Assembly (NCBI GenBank): GCA_947494155.1
Contig: CANLTW010000017.1
Span: 1 to 26,551 of the forward strand
From: Chlamydiota bacterium
Lineage (GTDB): Bacteria; Chlamydiota; Chlamydiia; Chlamydiales; RGXB01
Direction: 5' to 3'
DNA length: 26,551 nucleotides
Part shown: one piece after another, positions 26,375 through 26,551 of the stretch
How positions within the stretch are numbered: position 1 is the first letter of the stretch
Layout of the letters: the number at the start of each line of letters is the position of its first letter
Made by a program: the position numbers and the translations under genes
Notes under the pieces: model-generated
The model's database searches: none
What the model saw: the letters and a program-made list of their open reading frames with translations, nothing else
What the model was told of the DNA's origin: nothing

Positions 26375-26551
26375 TTGCCAACCAACAGGTTAGATCGACA
26401 TAGCGGGGTTATTTTTCGGAGTCCCTCTTCATTAACCCTTTAAACCCATAAATAAACGAAACAGTGTCGACTCCCTAAAAAAAATAAGCTCCCCATTCAG
26501 CGCAACTTGTTCATTATCAACAAGCTATTTTCTCTTACCCCCCCCCTTTTT

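Noticed and set aside
26259..26392. TGA readthrough or recoding in P6 (…IMA*IPTNNCQPTG*)
   Set aside because: TGA is clearly a stop in this genome (several ATGA overlaps). A one-base frameshift restoring NTKGG is the simpler explanation.

Overview
Chromosomal region of what looks like an environmental Chlamydiae bacterium. This is inferred from the chlamydial/plant-type FabI, a CT273/DUF5399-like ORF, an orphan FliO, and a chaperone-translocator cluster in chlamydial gene order. Recognisable content: two MFS transporters, a stand-alone secretin, an oppA-oppA-hypothetical-S9 peptidase operon, an mlaEFD-yqgE operon, a type III secretion chaperone/translocator cassette with a bidirectional terminator, fliO, fabI and several hypothetical or effector-like genes. 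The main finding is missing from the ORF track. Between 22759 and 26551 there are at least five (possibly seven) tiny ORFs of 39-52 aa sharing one architecture: MKK start, very Lys-rich leader, GG/GGG hinge, and an unrelated, often Cys-containing C-terminal core. They sit on both strands around fabI, three share exact leader DNA blocks, and most have the Gly hinge encoded by a G7-G10 homopolymer. They look like a family of double-glycine precursor peptides (RiPP/bacteriocin/effector-like) with an atypical polybasic leader. No modifying enzyme or C39-peptidase exporter is visible in the window.
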